Shown here one piece after another: positions 29,887 through 41,243 of a stretch of 53,750 nt of DNA. The position numbers and the translations under genes are program-made. Source of the DNA: Coriobacteriaceae bacterium (GTDB lineage: Bacteria > Actinomycetota > Coriobacteriia > Anaerosomatales > D1FN1-002); assembly GCA_013824215.1 (NCBI GenBank), contig PNNM01000001.1, positions 1 to 53,750 on the forward strand. The letters run 5' to 3'. Within the stretch, counting starts at the first letter, position 1. Each line of letters opens with the position of its first letter. Under the pieces are notes generated by a model that made no database searches, was not told where the DNA came from, and saw only the letters and a list, made by a program, of their open reading frames with translations.

Positions 29887-30435
29887 ATGGCCGAGGACAG
29901 GCGCGACACGAAGGGCTTCGAGCCACCGCCATGGGAGCGGGCGGCGTTCGAGGAGCTGCGACGCAAGCGGGAGGCAGCAGCCGCGGACCGGGACCTCTCG
30001 GAGGCGGTCGATGCGCTGAGGACCGGGACGGAGGAGCCTGCGGAGCGGCAAGCGCCACCGTCGGGACCGGAGCCGGAGGTTTCGGCGCCGGCGCCGATGC
30101 GGGCCGAGCCTCCCGCCGAGTCCCTGGCGGAGGAGCCGGCGGCGCCGGAGAAGCCCGCTTTGGAGGAGCACCGGGTCACCGCGATGCTCGCGGAACTCGC
30201 GGCGCTGGAACCGCAGCCGATGCGGGAGCTGTGGATGGTGGAGGTGGGGGCGGGAGTGTTCCTGGCGCTCCTGGGCCTCTCGGTGTTGGTCTGGGGGTTG
30301 GTCGGCGGCGCGCGCGCGGTCTCGAGTCCGGAAGCCGCGCCCTTCGCCCTCGTGATGATCGTGTTCGGGGCCTCGTTCATCGCACTCGGGCTGTGGCTCG
30401 GGCGTCGAGGCCTCAGGAATAGAGGAGTCGGATAA
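29887..30435 (+). CDS. Hypothetical membrane protein inserted between gyrB and gyrA (acidic/Pro-rich N-terminus, 2 TM helices)
   Basis: High GC3 bias. TM helices VGAGVFLALLGLSVLVWGLVGG and FALVMIVFGASFIALGLWLG. Its TAA stop directly abuts the gyrA GTG start. Confidence 0.55.
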   Translation: MAEDRRDTKGFEPPPWERAAFEELRRKREAAAADRDLSEAVDALRTGTEEPAERQAPPSGPEPEVSAPAPMRAEPPAESLAEEPAAPEKPALEEHRVTAMLAELAALEPQPMRELWMVEVGAGVFLALLGLSVLVWGLVGGARAVSSPEAAPFALVMIVFGASFIALGLWLGRRGLRNRGVG

Positions 30436-33015
30436 GTGGCTGACGAGATCGCCGAATCCCACGTACTTCCGATAGACATCGAACGCGAGCTGAGGGACTC
30501 GTTCCTCGAGTACTCGATGTCCGTCATCGTCGCGCGCGCCCTCCCGGACGTGCGCGACGGCCTGAAGCCCGTACACCGGCGCATCCTGTACGCCATGAAC
30601 GAGTCGGGGCTGACGCCCGGCCGGCCGCACAAGAAGTCCGCGTGGACCGTCGGAGAGGTCATCGGCAAGTACCACCCGCACGGTGACGCGGCCGTGTACG
30701 ACACGATGGTGCGCATGGCGCAGGACTTCGCGATGCGCGCGCCGCTCGTCGATGGACATGGGAACTTCGGCTCAGTCGACGGTGACCGTCCGGCGGCCAT
30801 GCGCTACACCGAGGCCCGTCTGCACAAGCACGCGGTCGAGCTGCTGCGCGATCTCGACAAGGAGACGGTCGACTTCGGCCCGAACTACGACGAGTCTCTC
30901 TCCGAGCCCAAGGTCCTCCCGGCGCGCTTCCCGAACCTGCTGGTCAACGGCTCGGCGGGCATCGCAGTGGGCATGGCGACCAACATCCCGCCCCACAACA
31001 TGGGCGAGATCATAGACGCCACGACGCTGCTCATCGACAACCCGGAGGCCACGACCGAGGACCTCATCAAGGTCGTGCCGGGTCCGGATTTCCCCACCGG
31101 CGGCATCATCATGGGCCGCGACGGGATCCGCGAGGCGTACGAGACCGGACGCGGCTCGATCAAGATCCGCGGGGTCGCGCACATCGAGCAGACGTCCACC
31201 GGACGCACGCGGATCATCATCACGGAGATCCCGTACCAGGTGAACAAGTCCAAACTCGTCATCAAGATCGCCGACCTGGTGCGCGAGAAGAAGCTCACCG
31301 AGATCTCGGACCTGCGCGACGAGTCGGACCGCAAGGGCATGCGCGTCGTCATCGAACTCAAGCAGACGTGCATCCCCCAGGTCGCGCTGAACAAGCTGTA
31401 CAAGAACACGCCGCTCGAGACCGGCTTCGGCGTGAACATGCTGGCGCTCGTCGACGGCGTCCCGCGAACGCTCGGCATCAAGGACGCGTTGCTCCACTAC
31501 ATCGAGTTCCAGAAGGAAGTCATCACGCGGCGCACCCGCTACGAGCTGCGCAAAGCCGAGGAGCGCGCTCACATCCTCGACGGCTACGTCATCGCGCTGG
31601 ACAACATCGACGAGGTCATCAAGATCATCCGGGGCAGCGCCGACGACGTCGAAGCCAAGGCCAAGCTCATCGAGCGCTTCAGCCTGACCGAGGCACAGAC
31701 CGACGCGATCCTCGAGATGCGCCTGCGCCGCCTGACGGGCCTCGAGCGCCACAAGATCGAGGAGGAGCTCGCCGAGTTGCGCGAGAAGATCGCGCGGTAC
31801 ACCAAGGTCCTCGGCGATATGCAGCTCGTGCTCGACATCATCAAGGAGGAGCTGGCCGAGGTCCGCGCCAAGCACGCGGACAAGCGCCGGACCCAGATCA
31901 CGAGCGCGGCCAAGGACCTCGACGTGGAGGATCTCATCGCCGAGGAGGACATGGTCGTCACCATCACGCGGGCGGGTTATGTCAAACGCCTGCCGGTGGC
32001 CACCTACCGCCAGCAGAAGCGCGGCGGAAAGGGCCTTTCGGGGGTCAACCTGAAAGAGAGCGACTACGTCGAGCACCTCTTCATCAGCTCGACCCACGAC
32101 CACGTGCTCTTCTTCTCGACCAAGGGCAAGGTCTACCGGATGAAGGTGCACGAACTGCCGGTGGGTTCGCGCCACGCGCGCGGCACGGCCGTGGTCAACC
32201 TCCTGCCGTTCGAACAGGACGAGAAGATAGCCGCGGTCATCAACACGCGCGAGTTCGGCGCGGACGACAACCTGCTCTTCGCCACCGAGGGCGGCATGGT
32301 CAAGAAGACGGCGATGCAGGCGTACAGCCGGGTGCTGTCCACCGGGATCATCGCGATCAAGCTGAAGCCGGGCGACCGCCTCGTGTCGGTCCGCCGGGTG
32401 CATGCCGGCCAGAAGGTGATGCTCGTCTCCACCGCGGGCAAGGCCATCCGCTGGGACGAGTCGGAGGCCAGGCCGATGGGGCGCGACACCACCGGGGTCC
32501 AGGGGATGCGCACCAAGGCCGGCGAACGCGTGCTCGGCATGGAGATCGCGCCCGACGCCGCCGAGCTCTTCGTCGTCACCGAACGCGGCTACGGAAAGCG
32601 CACGACGGCGGCCGACTACCCGGAACACCACCGCGGGGGCCAGGGCGTCAAGACGATCCAGGTCACCGAGAAGAAGGGCGAGCTGGCCGGGATGAAGATC
32701 GTCCAGCCCGGCCAGGAGCTCATGCTCATCTCGGAGGCCGGCGTCGTCATCCGCGTGAAAGCCGAGGACATCAGCAAGCTCGGACGTTCCACCCAGGGCG
32801 TGAAGGTGATGAACGTCGGCGACGCCGACCGGGTCTGTGCCATCGCCCGTGTCTCGGCGACCAAGAAGAAGGCGCCGAAGGCGGCTCCCGAGGGCCAGGG
32901 AGTGCTGGTCGAGGAGGAGACGGTCGACGCGCGCGAGTCGGAGGCCGAGGAGCTGGTAGCCGAGGAGTTCGAGGACGCCGAGGACGGTGCGGTGGAGGAG
33001 ACTGATGAGAGCTAG
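30436..33015 (+). CDS. gyrA: DNA gyrase subunit A
   Basis: GTG start. [37 protein letters not shown] (the active-site Tyr region), C-terminal beta-pinwheel repeats and an acidic tail. Confidence 0.97.
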   Translation: MADEIAESHVLPIDIERELRDSFLEYSMSVIVARALPDVRDGLKPVHRRILYAMNESGLTPGRPHKKSAWTVGEVIGKYHPHGDAAVYDTMVRMAQDFAMRAPLVDGHGNFGSVDGDRPAAMRYTEARLHKHAVELLRDLDKETVDFGPNYDESLSEPKVLPARFPNLLVNGSAGIAVGMATNIPPHNMGEIIDATTLLIDNPEATTEDLIKVVPGPDFPTGGIIMGRDGIREAYETGRGSIKIRGVAHIEQTSTGRTRIIITEIPYQVNKSKLVIKIADLVREKKLTEISDLRDESDRKGMRVVIELKQTCIPQVALNKLYKNTPLETGFGVNMLALVDGVPRTLGIKDALLHYIEFQKEVITRRTRYELRKAEERAHILDGYVIALDNIDEVIKIIRGSADDVEAKAKLIERFSLTEAQTDAILEMRLRRLTGLERHKIEEELAELREKIARYTKVLGDMQLVLDIIKEELAEVRAKHADKRRTQITSAAKDLDVEDLIAEEDMVVTITRAGYVKRLPVATYRQQKRGGKGLSGVNLKESDYVEHLFISSTHDHVLFFSTKGKVYRMKVHELPVGSRHARGTAVVNLLPFEQDEKIAAVINTREFGADDNLLFATEGGMVKKTAMQAYSRVLSTGIIAIKLKPGDRLVSVRRVHAGQKVMLVSTAGKAIRWDESEARPMGRDTTGVQGMRTKAGERVLGMEIAPDAAELFVVTERGYGKRTTAADYPEHHRGGQGVKTIQVTEKKGELAGMKIVQPGQELMLISEAGVVIRVKAEDISKLGRSTQGVKVMNVGDADRVCAIARVSATKKKAPKAAPEGQGVLVEEETVDARESEAEELVAEEFEDAEDGAVEETDES

Positions 33016-33022
33016 CGGGCAC

Positions 33023-33730
33023 ATGACAGACGCTGCCGTCGCGCCAGCCCAACGGCTCGCCCACCTGGGCTGCATCCTGTTCGACCTGGACGGGACCCTC
33101 ATCGACTCGGTGGCCCTGATCCTCTCCTCGTTCCGTCATGCGACGGCGGCGGTGCTGGGCCAGGCACTTCCCGACGAGGTGCTCCTCGAGAACGTGGGCA
33201 TGCCGCTGCACGCGCAGTTCATACGCATGGCGCCGGCGCAGGCCGACGAGCTGCTGCGGGTCTACCGGGAACACAACGCGGAGCACCACGACGCGATGGT
33301 GCGCGAGTACCCGGGTACCGAGGAGACACTCCAGGAGCTCGAGCGCCGGGGCCATCGGCTCGGCGTGGTCACCTCCAAGAGCGCACCGGTGATGCGGCGC
33401 GGGCTCGAGCTCTTCGGGCTCGAACGTTTCTTCGAGGTCTGCGTCTCATCGGACGACGTGACGGCGCACAAACCCGATCCCCAGCCGGTCGCGATCGCGG
33501 CCGAACTTCTCGGGTGTGCCGCCGCTGAGAGCATGTATGTGGGCGACAGCCCGCACGACATGGCCTCGGCGATCGCCGCGGGCGCCGTGTCGGTGGCGGC
33601 GCTGTGGGGCGCGTTCCCGCCGGAGGCCGTCCTGGCTCCCGGACCCGACTTCGCCCTGGCTTCGATCCGCGACCTGCCGGCGCTGCTCGACGGGGACGTG
33701 GAGCATTTCACCGTCGGAGATGCAGGGTAG
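33023..33730 (+). CDS. HAD-superfamily hydrolase (phosphoglycolate phosphatase/PpaX-like)
   Basis: HAD motif I LFDLDGTLIDS, motif II GVVTSK, motifs III/IV KPDP...YVGDSPHDMASA. Confidence 0.8.
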   Translation: MTDAAVAPAQRLAHLGCILFDLDGTLIDSVALILSSFRHATAAVLGQALPDEVLLENVGMPLHAQFIRMAPAQADELLRVYREHNAEHHDAMVREYPGTEETLQELERRGHRLGVVTSKSAPVMRRGLELFGLERFFEVCVSSDDVTAHKPDPQPVAIAAELLGCAAAESMYVGDSPHDMASAIAAGAVSVAALWGAFPPEAVLAPGPDFALASIRDLPALLDGDVEHFTVGDAG

Positions 33731-33732
33731 TG

Positions 33733-33749
33733 ACCGACCGTCGGTCGGT
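33733..33749 (+). terminator. Short hairpin/palindrome just after the HAD stop (ACCGACC-GTC-GGTCGGT)
   Basis: A perfect 7-bp inverted repeat starts 3 nt after the stop. There is no U-tract, so it could equally be a protein-binding palindrome. Confidence 0.25.
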
Positions 33750-33888
33750 ACGCGTCCGAAGAGGCCCGGTGCCGTTCCGGGAACGCACGAAGAAGGGTGG
33801 TCGCACGAGGGTGTGCTTGCGCTAGAGTGGGTCGGGCACCTGCGCGGGGATACGACCGCGCGGGACCGTTGGGGCGAGGAGGCGGACG

Positions 33889-35175
33889 GTGTCCAAGGGC
33901 AAGATCATCGCGGCTGTGATCGTGCTGCTCGTCGTGGTGGGCGTGGTGGCCGCCGTGGCGATGGGCGCGCGGAACTCGGCGCCCGAGGTCGAAACGGCTC
34001 AGGTCTCCAAGGACGATCTCTCTGTGACGGTGAGCGCCTCGGGCAAGGTGGAGGCGGGCGACCGCGCCGACGTGTTCCCGCCGACATCAGGAGTGCTCGA
34101 GGCCGTCTACGTCACCGACGGGCAGAGCGTCAAGGCGGGCGACCCGATCGCCGCGCTCGACACCGAGCCGCTGGCCCTCGGGGTCGAGCAGGCGCGTGCG
34201 GGCGTGAGTGCGGCGCGCGGGCAGCTGGCCGGGATCGACAAGCAGGCACCGTCCGCGGCCGACCGGGCCGCCGCGGACGCGGCGGTGGCCGCCGCATGGT
34301 CGTCCTACGAGCAGGCGCGCGGGTTCTACGACGACCTGAAGGAAGTCTACGACGAGACCACCATGACGGTGATCAAGGAGAGCATGGAGCCGACGCTCAC
34401 ACAACTCGAGATAGCCAAGCTCGGCGCGTACTCCGGCTACCAGGGCGCCAAGGCCGGTCAGGCCAAGGCCGAGATGTCGTTCGCAGCCGAGCGGGCGGCG
34501 GCGCAGGCCGGCGTGGATGCCGCGGAGGCCGCGCTATCAGCTGCGCACAACAGCCTCGCGAAGGCTGAGATGGAAGCACCCATCGATGGCATCGTGCTGT
34601 TCAACGCACTGGGCGCTCCGGCGGCCGACGGCGCGGTGCCGAAGGCGGCCGAGGGAGCCGCGGTGGGGCCGCAGGCCGCGCCGTTCACGGTCGTGCAGCT
34701 CGACTCGCTGCGCTTCGCCGCCGAGGTCGACGAGGTCGACATAGACCGCGTCAAGCTCGGCATGAACGGCATAGTCACGTTGGATGCGTTCCCTGGCGAA
34801 GGGTTCGAGGCTCCCGTCACGAAGCGCAGCTCCGCTGCCCAGCTCACGGCCACCGGGGGTACCGTCTTCCCGGTGTACCTGGATCTGGCGGATGTGGCCA
34901 AGGAGTTGCTCATCGGCATGAAGGGCGATGTCGAGATCCAGGTCGAAGCGGTCAAAGCCACGCTCTCGGTGCCGATCGAGGCCATCTTCGACGAGGACGA
35001 CAAGCAGTTCGTCTACGTGGTGAAGGATGGAGCGGTGGAGAAGCGCGAGGTCGAGACGGGCGTCATGACCGACACGCGCGCCCAGGTCGTCAAAGGTGTC
35101 AAGGCTGGCGAGCAGATCGCGCTATCGGGTTCCGTGGAACTCAAGGACGGCATGCAGGTCAGGGTGAAGCAGTAG
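33889..35175 (+). CDS. Efflux transporter periplasmic adaptor (HlyD/MacA family)
   Basis: GTG start after GAGGAGG. An N-terminal TM anchor, the lipoyl-like motif [18 protein letters not shown], a coiled-coil region and a C-terminal beta-barrel (V.TG......[10 protein letters not shown]). Confidence 0.85.
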   Translation: MSKGKIIAAVIVLLVVVGVVAAVAMGARNSAPEVETAQVSKDDLSVTVSASGKVEAGDRADVFPPTSGVLEAVYVTDGQSVKAGDPIAALDTEPLALGVEQARAGVSAARGQLAGIDKQAPSAADRAAADAAVAAAWSSYEQARGFYDDLKEVYDETTMTVIKESMEPTLTQLEIAKLGAYSGYQGAKAGQAKAEMSFAAERAAAQAGVDAAEAALSAAHNSLAKAEMEAPIDGIVLFNALGAPAADGAVPKAAEGAAVGPQAAPFTVVQLDSLRFAAEVDEVDIDRVKLGMNGIVTLDAFPGEGFEAPVTKRSSAAQLTATGGTVFPVYLDLADVAKELLIGMKGDVEIQVEAVKATLSVPIEAIFDEDDKQFVYVVKDGAVEKREVETGVMTDTRAQVVKGVKAGEQIALSGSVELKDGMQVRVKQ

Positions 35176-35177
35176 GG

Positions 35178-35971
35178 ATGCCCGAGCAGGCGCCACCCGC
35201 GTCTGCCGCCACTGCGAGCACCTGCGGCGAAGGCCGCGTGGTGCTCGAGGCGCGCGGCGTGGACAAGACGTACCAGATGGAGGGCCTGGAAGTCCGGGCC
35301 CTCCGCGGCGTCGACCTCCGGATCTGCGAAGGTCGGATGCTCGCGGTCATGGGTCCCTCGGGCTCCGGCAAGTCCACGCTCATGCACATCATCGGCCTGC
35401 TGGACCGGCCGACGGCCGGATCGGTGCGGGTCGAAGGCGAAGAGGTCTCGCACATGGCGCCCAACGAGCTGGCCGCGGTGCGCAACAAGCGGATAGGGTT
35501 CGTCTTCCAGTCCTTCAACCTCCTACCGCGCACCTCGGCCCTCGCCAACGTCGAGCTCCCGCTCGTGTACGCCGGGGTCGGCGGGGGCGAGCGCGCCCGC
35601 CGGGCTCGCGAATCGCTCGAGCGCATCGGTCTCGGCGACCGCCTCGGCCACTTCAGCAGCCAGCTCTCCGGCGGCCAGCAGCAGCGCGTCGCCATAGCGC
35701 GCGCGCTCGTCACCGAGCCGAGCATCGTGCTGGCCGACGAGCCCACCGGCAATCTGGACTCGCGCTCCGGCGTCGAGGTCATGTCGATCCTGCAGGACCT
35801 GAACCGTCAAGGGATCACGATCATCGTCGTCACCCACGACCCGAGGGTCGCGCAGCACGCCGAGCGCATCGTCCACCTCAGCGACGGCCGCATCGTGAGA
35901 CACGAGATCGTGGAGGATCGCACCTGCGCCGATGACGAGATGGCCGAGATCCTCGCGCGGGCGGAGGAGGA

Positions 35972-35975
<4 letters not shown>
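35178..35975 (+). CDS. ABC transporter ATP-binding protein (MacB/LolD-type)
   Basis: Walker [13 protein letters not shown]-loop FVFQSFNLL, signature [15 protein letters not shown], Walker [12 protein letters not shown]. Confidence 0.92.
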
Positions 35976-37165
<1,190 letters not shown>

Positions 37166-37186
37166 CGGATCCGCGCGGCCGCTCGC

Positions 37187-37690
37187 TCAGTGCCCGGTGA
37201 AGTCGCTCGGGTCGACGTGCTCGAGGAACTCCCGGAAGCGCTCGACCTCCTGCTCCTCGTCGGCTCCGCCCTCATGGGCGACGACAGCCGCCTCGTCCCA
37301 GACCTCCTCGGCCAGCACGATCGGGCAGCCTACGCGCACCGCCAGCGCCATGGAGTCGGACGGCCTCGCGTCGACCACGACTCGGCGCTCCTCGCCGCGG
37401 AGCACGAGCGCCGCGTAGAACGTGCCCTCCTCCAGCCTCGTTATCTCCACGCGCTCGAGGTAGAACCCGAAGGTCTCGAACATGCCGCGCATCAGATCGT
37501 GCGTGAGTGGCCGAGGCGGCTCGGCACCCTGGATGCCGAGCAGGATCGCCATCGCCTCGGCGTGCCCGATCCAGATCGGCAGGACGTCGTCGCCGAGGAA
37601 GTCGCCCGCGTCGTCGACACGGCGCAGGAGGACGACCGGCGAGTTGCTCGCCGAATCCACGCTGAGCGATGCGATGCGGACCGGGATCAC
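37187..37690 (-). CDS. Bifunctional nuclease family protein (DUF151/BFN)
   Basis: PIWIGHAEAMAI...RPLTHDL...RVEITRLEEGTFYA....VDARPSDSMALAVR. GTG 37690 is preceded by GGAGG. The upstream part of the 305-aa track ORF is a low-complexity extension. Confidence 0.75.
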   Translation of the reverse strand: MIPVRIASLSVDSASNSPVVLLRRVDDAGDFLGDDVLPIWIGHAEAMAILLGIQGAEPPRPLTHDLMRGMFETFGFYLERVEITRLEEGTFYAALVLRGEERRVVVDARPSDSMALAVRVGCPIVLAEEVWDEAAVVAHEGGADEEQEVERFREFLEHVDPSDFTGH

Positions 37691-37763
37691 CGACAGACGA
37701 CCTCCGCTCGGGACGCCACTATCATAGGGGATACCCAGATGGCGGCAGCGGTGGACGGAGGCG

Positions 37764-38168
37764 ATGGGGCTCATGCGGACGCTGGACGTGCGGACGAGCG
37801 AGCGCGAGCAGATGCTGGATATCACGCGGGAGGTGGCCGACGCCGTGTCCGCGACAGGCGTGGCCGACGGTGTCGTGGTGGTGTACGTCCCGCACACGAC
37901 CGCGGCGGTCACGATCAACGAGAACGCCGACCCGGACGTCTGCGCCGACGTGCTGTGCGGCCTTCGCGACATCGCCCCGCGCTCCGGGAAGTGGCGGCAC
38001 GGGGAGGGCAACTCGGACGGGCACATCAAGAGCTCGCTCGTGGGCTGTTCCGTCACGATCCCGGTGAGCGGCGGCAGGCTGGTGCTCGGCACGTGGCAGG
38101 GCATCCAGTTCTGCGAGTTCGACGGCCCGAGGAACCGCTGCGTGTACGTGCAGGTGCTCGGCGCCTAG
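37764..38168 (+). CDS. YjbQ/UPF0047 family protein (secondary thiamine-phosphate synthase-like)
   Basis: ITREV...GVVVVYVPHTTAAVTINENADPDV...GNSDGHIKSSLVG.S..IPV..G.L.LGTWQGI.F.EFDGPR. GGAGG lies 4 nt upstream of the ATG. Confidence 0.85.
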   Translation: MGLMRTLDVRTSEREQMLDITREVADAVSATGVADGVVVVYVPHTTAAVTINENADPDVCADVLCGLRDIAPRSGKWRHGEGNSDGHIKSSLVGCSVTIPVSGGRLVLGTWQGIQFCEFDGPRNRCVYVQVLGA

Positions 38169-38212
38169 CTCCTTGACGCTCGTTCGAGGGGCGCGCTAGA
38201 GTAGCGCGGCGT

Positions 38213-38289
38213 GGGCTCGTAGCTCAGTTGGTTAGAGCGCACGGCTGATAACCGTGAGGTCGATGGTTCGAATCCATCCGGGCCCACCA
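38213..38289 (+). tRNA. tRNA-Ile (anticodon GAU), CCA encoded
   Basis: Cloverleaf read by eye: acceptor GGGCTCG/CGGGCCC (one G-U pair), D arm GCTC-AGTTGGTT-AGAGC, anticodon arm CACGG-CTGATAA-CCGTG, T arm GATGG-TTCGAAT-CCATC, then discriminator A and CCA. Confidence 0.9.
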
Positions 38290-38304
38290 CCCCGCGAACG
38301 AGAA

Positions 38305-38334
38305 GGTCCCGGCGATGAGCCGCCGGGGCCTTTT
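38305..38334. terminator. Rho-independent terminator between tRNA-Ile and the convergent helicase gene
   Basis: A 10-bp stem GGTCCCGGCG / CGCCGGGGCC (one G-U pair), loop ATGAGC, followed by TTTT on the plus strand. Confidence 0.7.
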
Positions 38335-38358
38335 GCATGCGGGGAAGGAGAGGTACGG

Positions 38359-39588
38359 CTAACGCCTGCGGGTGCCTCGGCGGTACCCGCGTCCCTTGAT
38401 GCCGCTGCTGAACACGGAGCGTGGCTTGCGGACCGCCTCGCGTTCGGGGTTCGGCACGATGCGGTCGTGGGAGTAGTCGAACCCGTCGTGGTCGCGGCTC
38501 TCGAGCACCGAGCCTATCTTCGTCTCGATGTCGCGGAGTGTCTCGTGCTCCTCGGGAGCGAGCAGGGTGAACGCCGAGCCGCTCTTGCCGGCGCGCGCGG
38601 TGCGCCCGATGCGGTGGACGTAGTCCTCGGGCGTGTTGGGGATGTCGTAGTTGACGACGTGGCTGATGTCGTCGATGTCGATGCCGCGCGCGACGATGTC
38701 GGTGGCCACCAGCACCCTGCAGCGCCCTTGCTTGAACGAGTCGAGCGCGCCCTGACGCTGGGACTGCGAGCGGTTCCCGTGGATAGCGGCCGCATTGATG
38801 CCGTGCCGCCCGAGGACCTTGGCGACCCGGTCGGCCCGGTGCTTGGTGCGGGTGAAGACGAGGACCCGGTCCAGCTTGTGCTCGGCGATCAGCTTGATGA
38901 GCAGGTCGGCCTTCTGCTGCCCGCCGACCGGGTAGACGGACTGCTGGATCGCTTCGACCGGCGTCGCGCTCGGGGTGACGCTCACCTGCACCGGGTCGTG
39001 CAGCGTCGAGGAGATGACGCGCAACACGTCGGTGCTCATCGTGGCCGAGAACAGCAGGTTCTGCCGCTCGGGCGGGAGCAGGTTGAGGATGCGGCGCACA
39101 TCGGGCCAGAAGCCCATGTCGAGCATGCGGTCCGCTTCATCGAGCACCAGGACCTCGACGCGGTTCAGGTGCACGTCGCCGCGCTTGTGCAGGTCGAGAA
39201 GGCGGCCCGGCGTGGCCACCAGCAGGTCGACGCCCTTGCGCAGCGCTTTGATCTGCGGTTCGTAGCCCACGCCGCCGTAGACGACGGTGACGCGGTGTCC
39301 GGTGTGCTTCGCGACGTCGCGTGCGACCTCCTCGATCTGCACCGCGAGCTCGCGAGTGGGCGTCACGACGAGCGCCGAGGGCGCACGCCCTTCGGTGCGG
39401 ATGCGCTGGAGCATCGGCAGCACGAAGGCGGCGGTCTTGCCGGTGCCGGTCTGCGCGCAGCCGACCACGTCGCGGCCGGCGAGGACCAGCGGGATCGCTT
39501 CGGTCTGGATGGGGGTGGGCCGGGTGTAGCCCATGGCCACCACCGCCTGGAGCAGGCGGGGCTCGAGACCCAGGTTGTCGAAACTCAA
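38359..39588 (-). CDS. DEAD-box ATP-dependent RNA helicase (RhlE-like)
   Basis: Q-motif region FDNLGL...PTPIQ, then AQTGTGKT, PTRELA, VLDEADRMLDMGF, SAT, HGNRSQSQR, ARGIDI and a basic C-terminal tail. Confidence 0.93.
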   Translation of the reverse strand: MSFDNLGLEPRLLQAVVAMGYTRPTPIQTEAIPLVLAGRDVVGCAQTGTGKTAAFVLPMLQRIRTEGRAPSALVVTPTRELAVQIEEVARDVAKHTGHRVTVVYGGVGYEPQIKALRKGVDLLVATPGRLLDLHKRGDVHLNRVEVLVLDEADRMLDMGFWPDVRRILNLLPPERQNLLFSATMSTDVLRVISSTLHDPVQVSVTPSATPVEAIQQSVYPVGGQQKADLLIKLIAEHKLDRVLVFTRTKHRADRVAKVLGRHGINAAAIHGNRSQSQRQGALDSFKQGRCRVLVATDIVARGIDIDDISHVVNYDIPNTPEDYVHRIGRTARAGKSGSAFTLLAPEEHETLRDIETKIGSVLESRDHDGFDYSHDRIVPNPEREAVRKPRSVFSSGIKGRGYRRGTRRR

Positions 39589-39786
39589 AGTGCGAGACTC
39601 CTCTTCTGCGCGCTCATCGGCGCGCCGTTGCAGACGCAGTGATCCTGCGACCGCAACAAGAGGTGCGAGGACGACCGGGTCTTGGGTGATATGCTCTCGG
39701 GTAGCAGTATACGTGCCGAAGTGCGGAAACGCCAGCGCCGAGGGCGTGTGTCCGCCCCCGGGACGCCTCGACCGAGCGGAGCCGCA

Positions 39787-40068
39787 GTGACCGAGCGCGC
39801 CGTACTCATGCTGTCCGGACTCGCTGTCGCTGCGCTACTCGGCGGGTGCGCGGAGGCGGACCCGCCGGCCTCCACGGGCGCCGAGATCGTCCGGACGAGG
39901 TGTACGCGCTGCCACAGCACGGAGCGGATCAAGGCGGGGGCCGCCCGCGACCGCGCCTACTGGGAGACCACGGTCGACCGGATGCGGGGCAACGGCGCGC
40001 GCATAGACGACGCCCAGCGCGCCACCCTCGTGGAGTTCCTGGCTTCGGGGGGCGCCGCCGGACTGTGA
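39787..40068 (+). CDS. Small monoheme c-type cytochrome lipoprotein (putative)
   Basis: Signal peptide with lipobox LLGGC, a single CTRCH heme-binding motif, and a downstream WETTVDRM that could supply a Met axial ligand. The start is uncertain (GTG 39787 or ATG 39808). Confidence 0.55.
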   Translation: MTERAVLMLSGLAVAALLGGCAEADPPASTGAEIVRTRCTRCHSTERIKAGAARDRAYWETTVDRMRGNGARIDDAQRATLVEFLASGGAAGL

Positions 40069-40091
40069 CGCCCGGCGCGCCGGAGGATCCG

Positions 40092-40901
40092 ATGGAGGGA
40101 GCGAAGATGAGTCGTCACCACGACCGGACCAAGGTCCTGCTCGTCGATGATTCCCAGGCTCTGCGCGAGATAGCGGCGTTCACGCTTGAGCACATGGGCG
40201 AGTACGACGTGGATGTCGCCGAGGACGGCCGCGCGGCACTCGGCCTGCTCGCCGACCGTTTCTACGACGTCATGATCGCGGACTTCTCGATGCCCGGGAT
40301 GAACGGGATCGAACTCACCCGGGTGGCGCGCGCCATGCCGCTGCACGCGGGCATGCCGGTGATACTCATGACCCATGACGAGGACCCCCGCTTGGCGGAC
40401 GCCGCGCAGAAGGCGGGCGTATCGGGCCTGATCGCCAAGCCGCTGCATCCCGAGGCGATGCAGGAGGCCATCGGATCGGCCCTGCGCTCGGCCGGGGCGC
40501 CTGAGACCGCCGTCGCCCCCGAGGACGCCGCTCCGATCGGCATGCAGGCGGTGCTCGACGCGTTGCCGCACCCGGCGATGATCCTGGATGCCGACCACGC
40601 CGTGCTGCTCGGCAACCGGGCGTTCTACCGGGCGACCCGCGCGAGTATCGGGGACTGCGGGCTCAGCTGCGCCGATGTGATGCATCGAGACGGAGCCCCG
40701 GCGGACTGCCCGCTCGTCGAAGCGGCCAGGACCGGGATGTACGTGGAGCGCGCGATCATGGACACGGTCGCCGGACCGATGCTCGTCGGGGTCTACCCGC
40801 TCGAACTCGCCGACGAGCGCGGCAAGCGGCTGTTCCTGCACATCACCAGGCCGCTGACCGGCGGGCTGGCCGGTGCCGGGGTCCCACCCAGCCGGGCCTG
40901 A
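40092..40901 (+). CDS. Response-regulator receiver protein with a C-terminal PAS-like, Cys-rich sensory domain (no DNA-binding output)
   Basis: REC domain: VLLVDDS, the phospho-acceptor context MIADFSMPGMNG, and GLIAKP. C-terminus: AMILDADHAVLLGNRAFY...GDCGLSCADVMHRDGAPADCPLVEA. The alternative start ATG 40107 follows GGAGGGAG. Confidence 0.75.
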   Translation: MEGAKMSRHHDRTKVLLVDDSQALREIAAFTLEHMGEYDVDVAEDGRAALGLLADRFYDVMIADFSMPGMNGIELTRVARAMPLHAGMPVILMTHDEDPRLADAAQKAGVSGLIAKPLHPEAMQEAIGSALRSAGAPETAVAPEDAAPIGMQAVLDALPHPAMILDADHAVLLGNRAFYRATRASIGDCGLSCADVMHRDGAPADCPLVEAARTGMYVERAIMDTVAGPMLVGVYPLELADERGKRLFLHITRPLTGGLAGAGVPPSRA

Positions 40902-41015
40902 GGCACGTCTGCGGGCGGGTTGGTCAAGCGCGCCGCCTCGCGACCCGCTCTGGCGCTGGTCTCGGCCGCTCTGTTAGGGTTCGGCAAGGGGCAGCCACGG
41001 GGGAGGCGCGACGAC

Positions 41016-41243
41016 GTGAACATAGCCGAGGCGGTCAAGGACGTCCTGGAGCCCTACGTCGGCCATATGGTCGCCGATACGTGTGTGCGGGCGACAGCGC
41101 TGTCCATCGGCAAGACCTCCGACACGCTGGACGCCGCCGACCTTCCCCCGCTCGAGAACAACGTCCGCAAGCTCCTGCTGCCCATCGCGCCGAGCTCGAC
41201 CATCGACGCGCTCATCGCGCAGATCGAGAGGAACGTCGCATGA
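41016..41243 (+). CDS. Hypothetical 75-aa protein
   Basis: GTG 41016 lies 9 nt after GGGGGAGG, and the stop overlaps the next gene's start (ATGA). I recognise no family. The track ORF start at 40920 is less well supported. Confidence 0.45.
   Translation: MNIAEAVKDVLEPYVGHMVADTCVRATALSIGKTSDTLDAADLPPLENNVRKLLLPIAPSSTIDALIAQIERNVA

Noticed and set aside
38254-39642. A 462-aa plus-strand ORF.
   Set aside because: It overlaps the tRNA-Ile gene and is antisense to the DEAD-box helicase. It contains no motifs.
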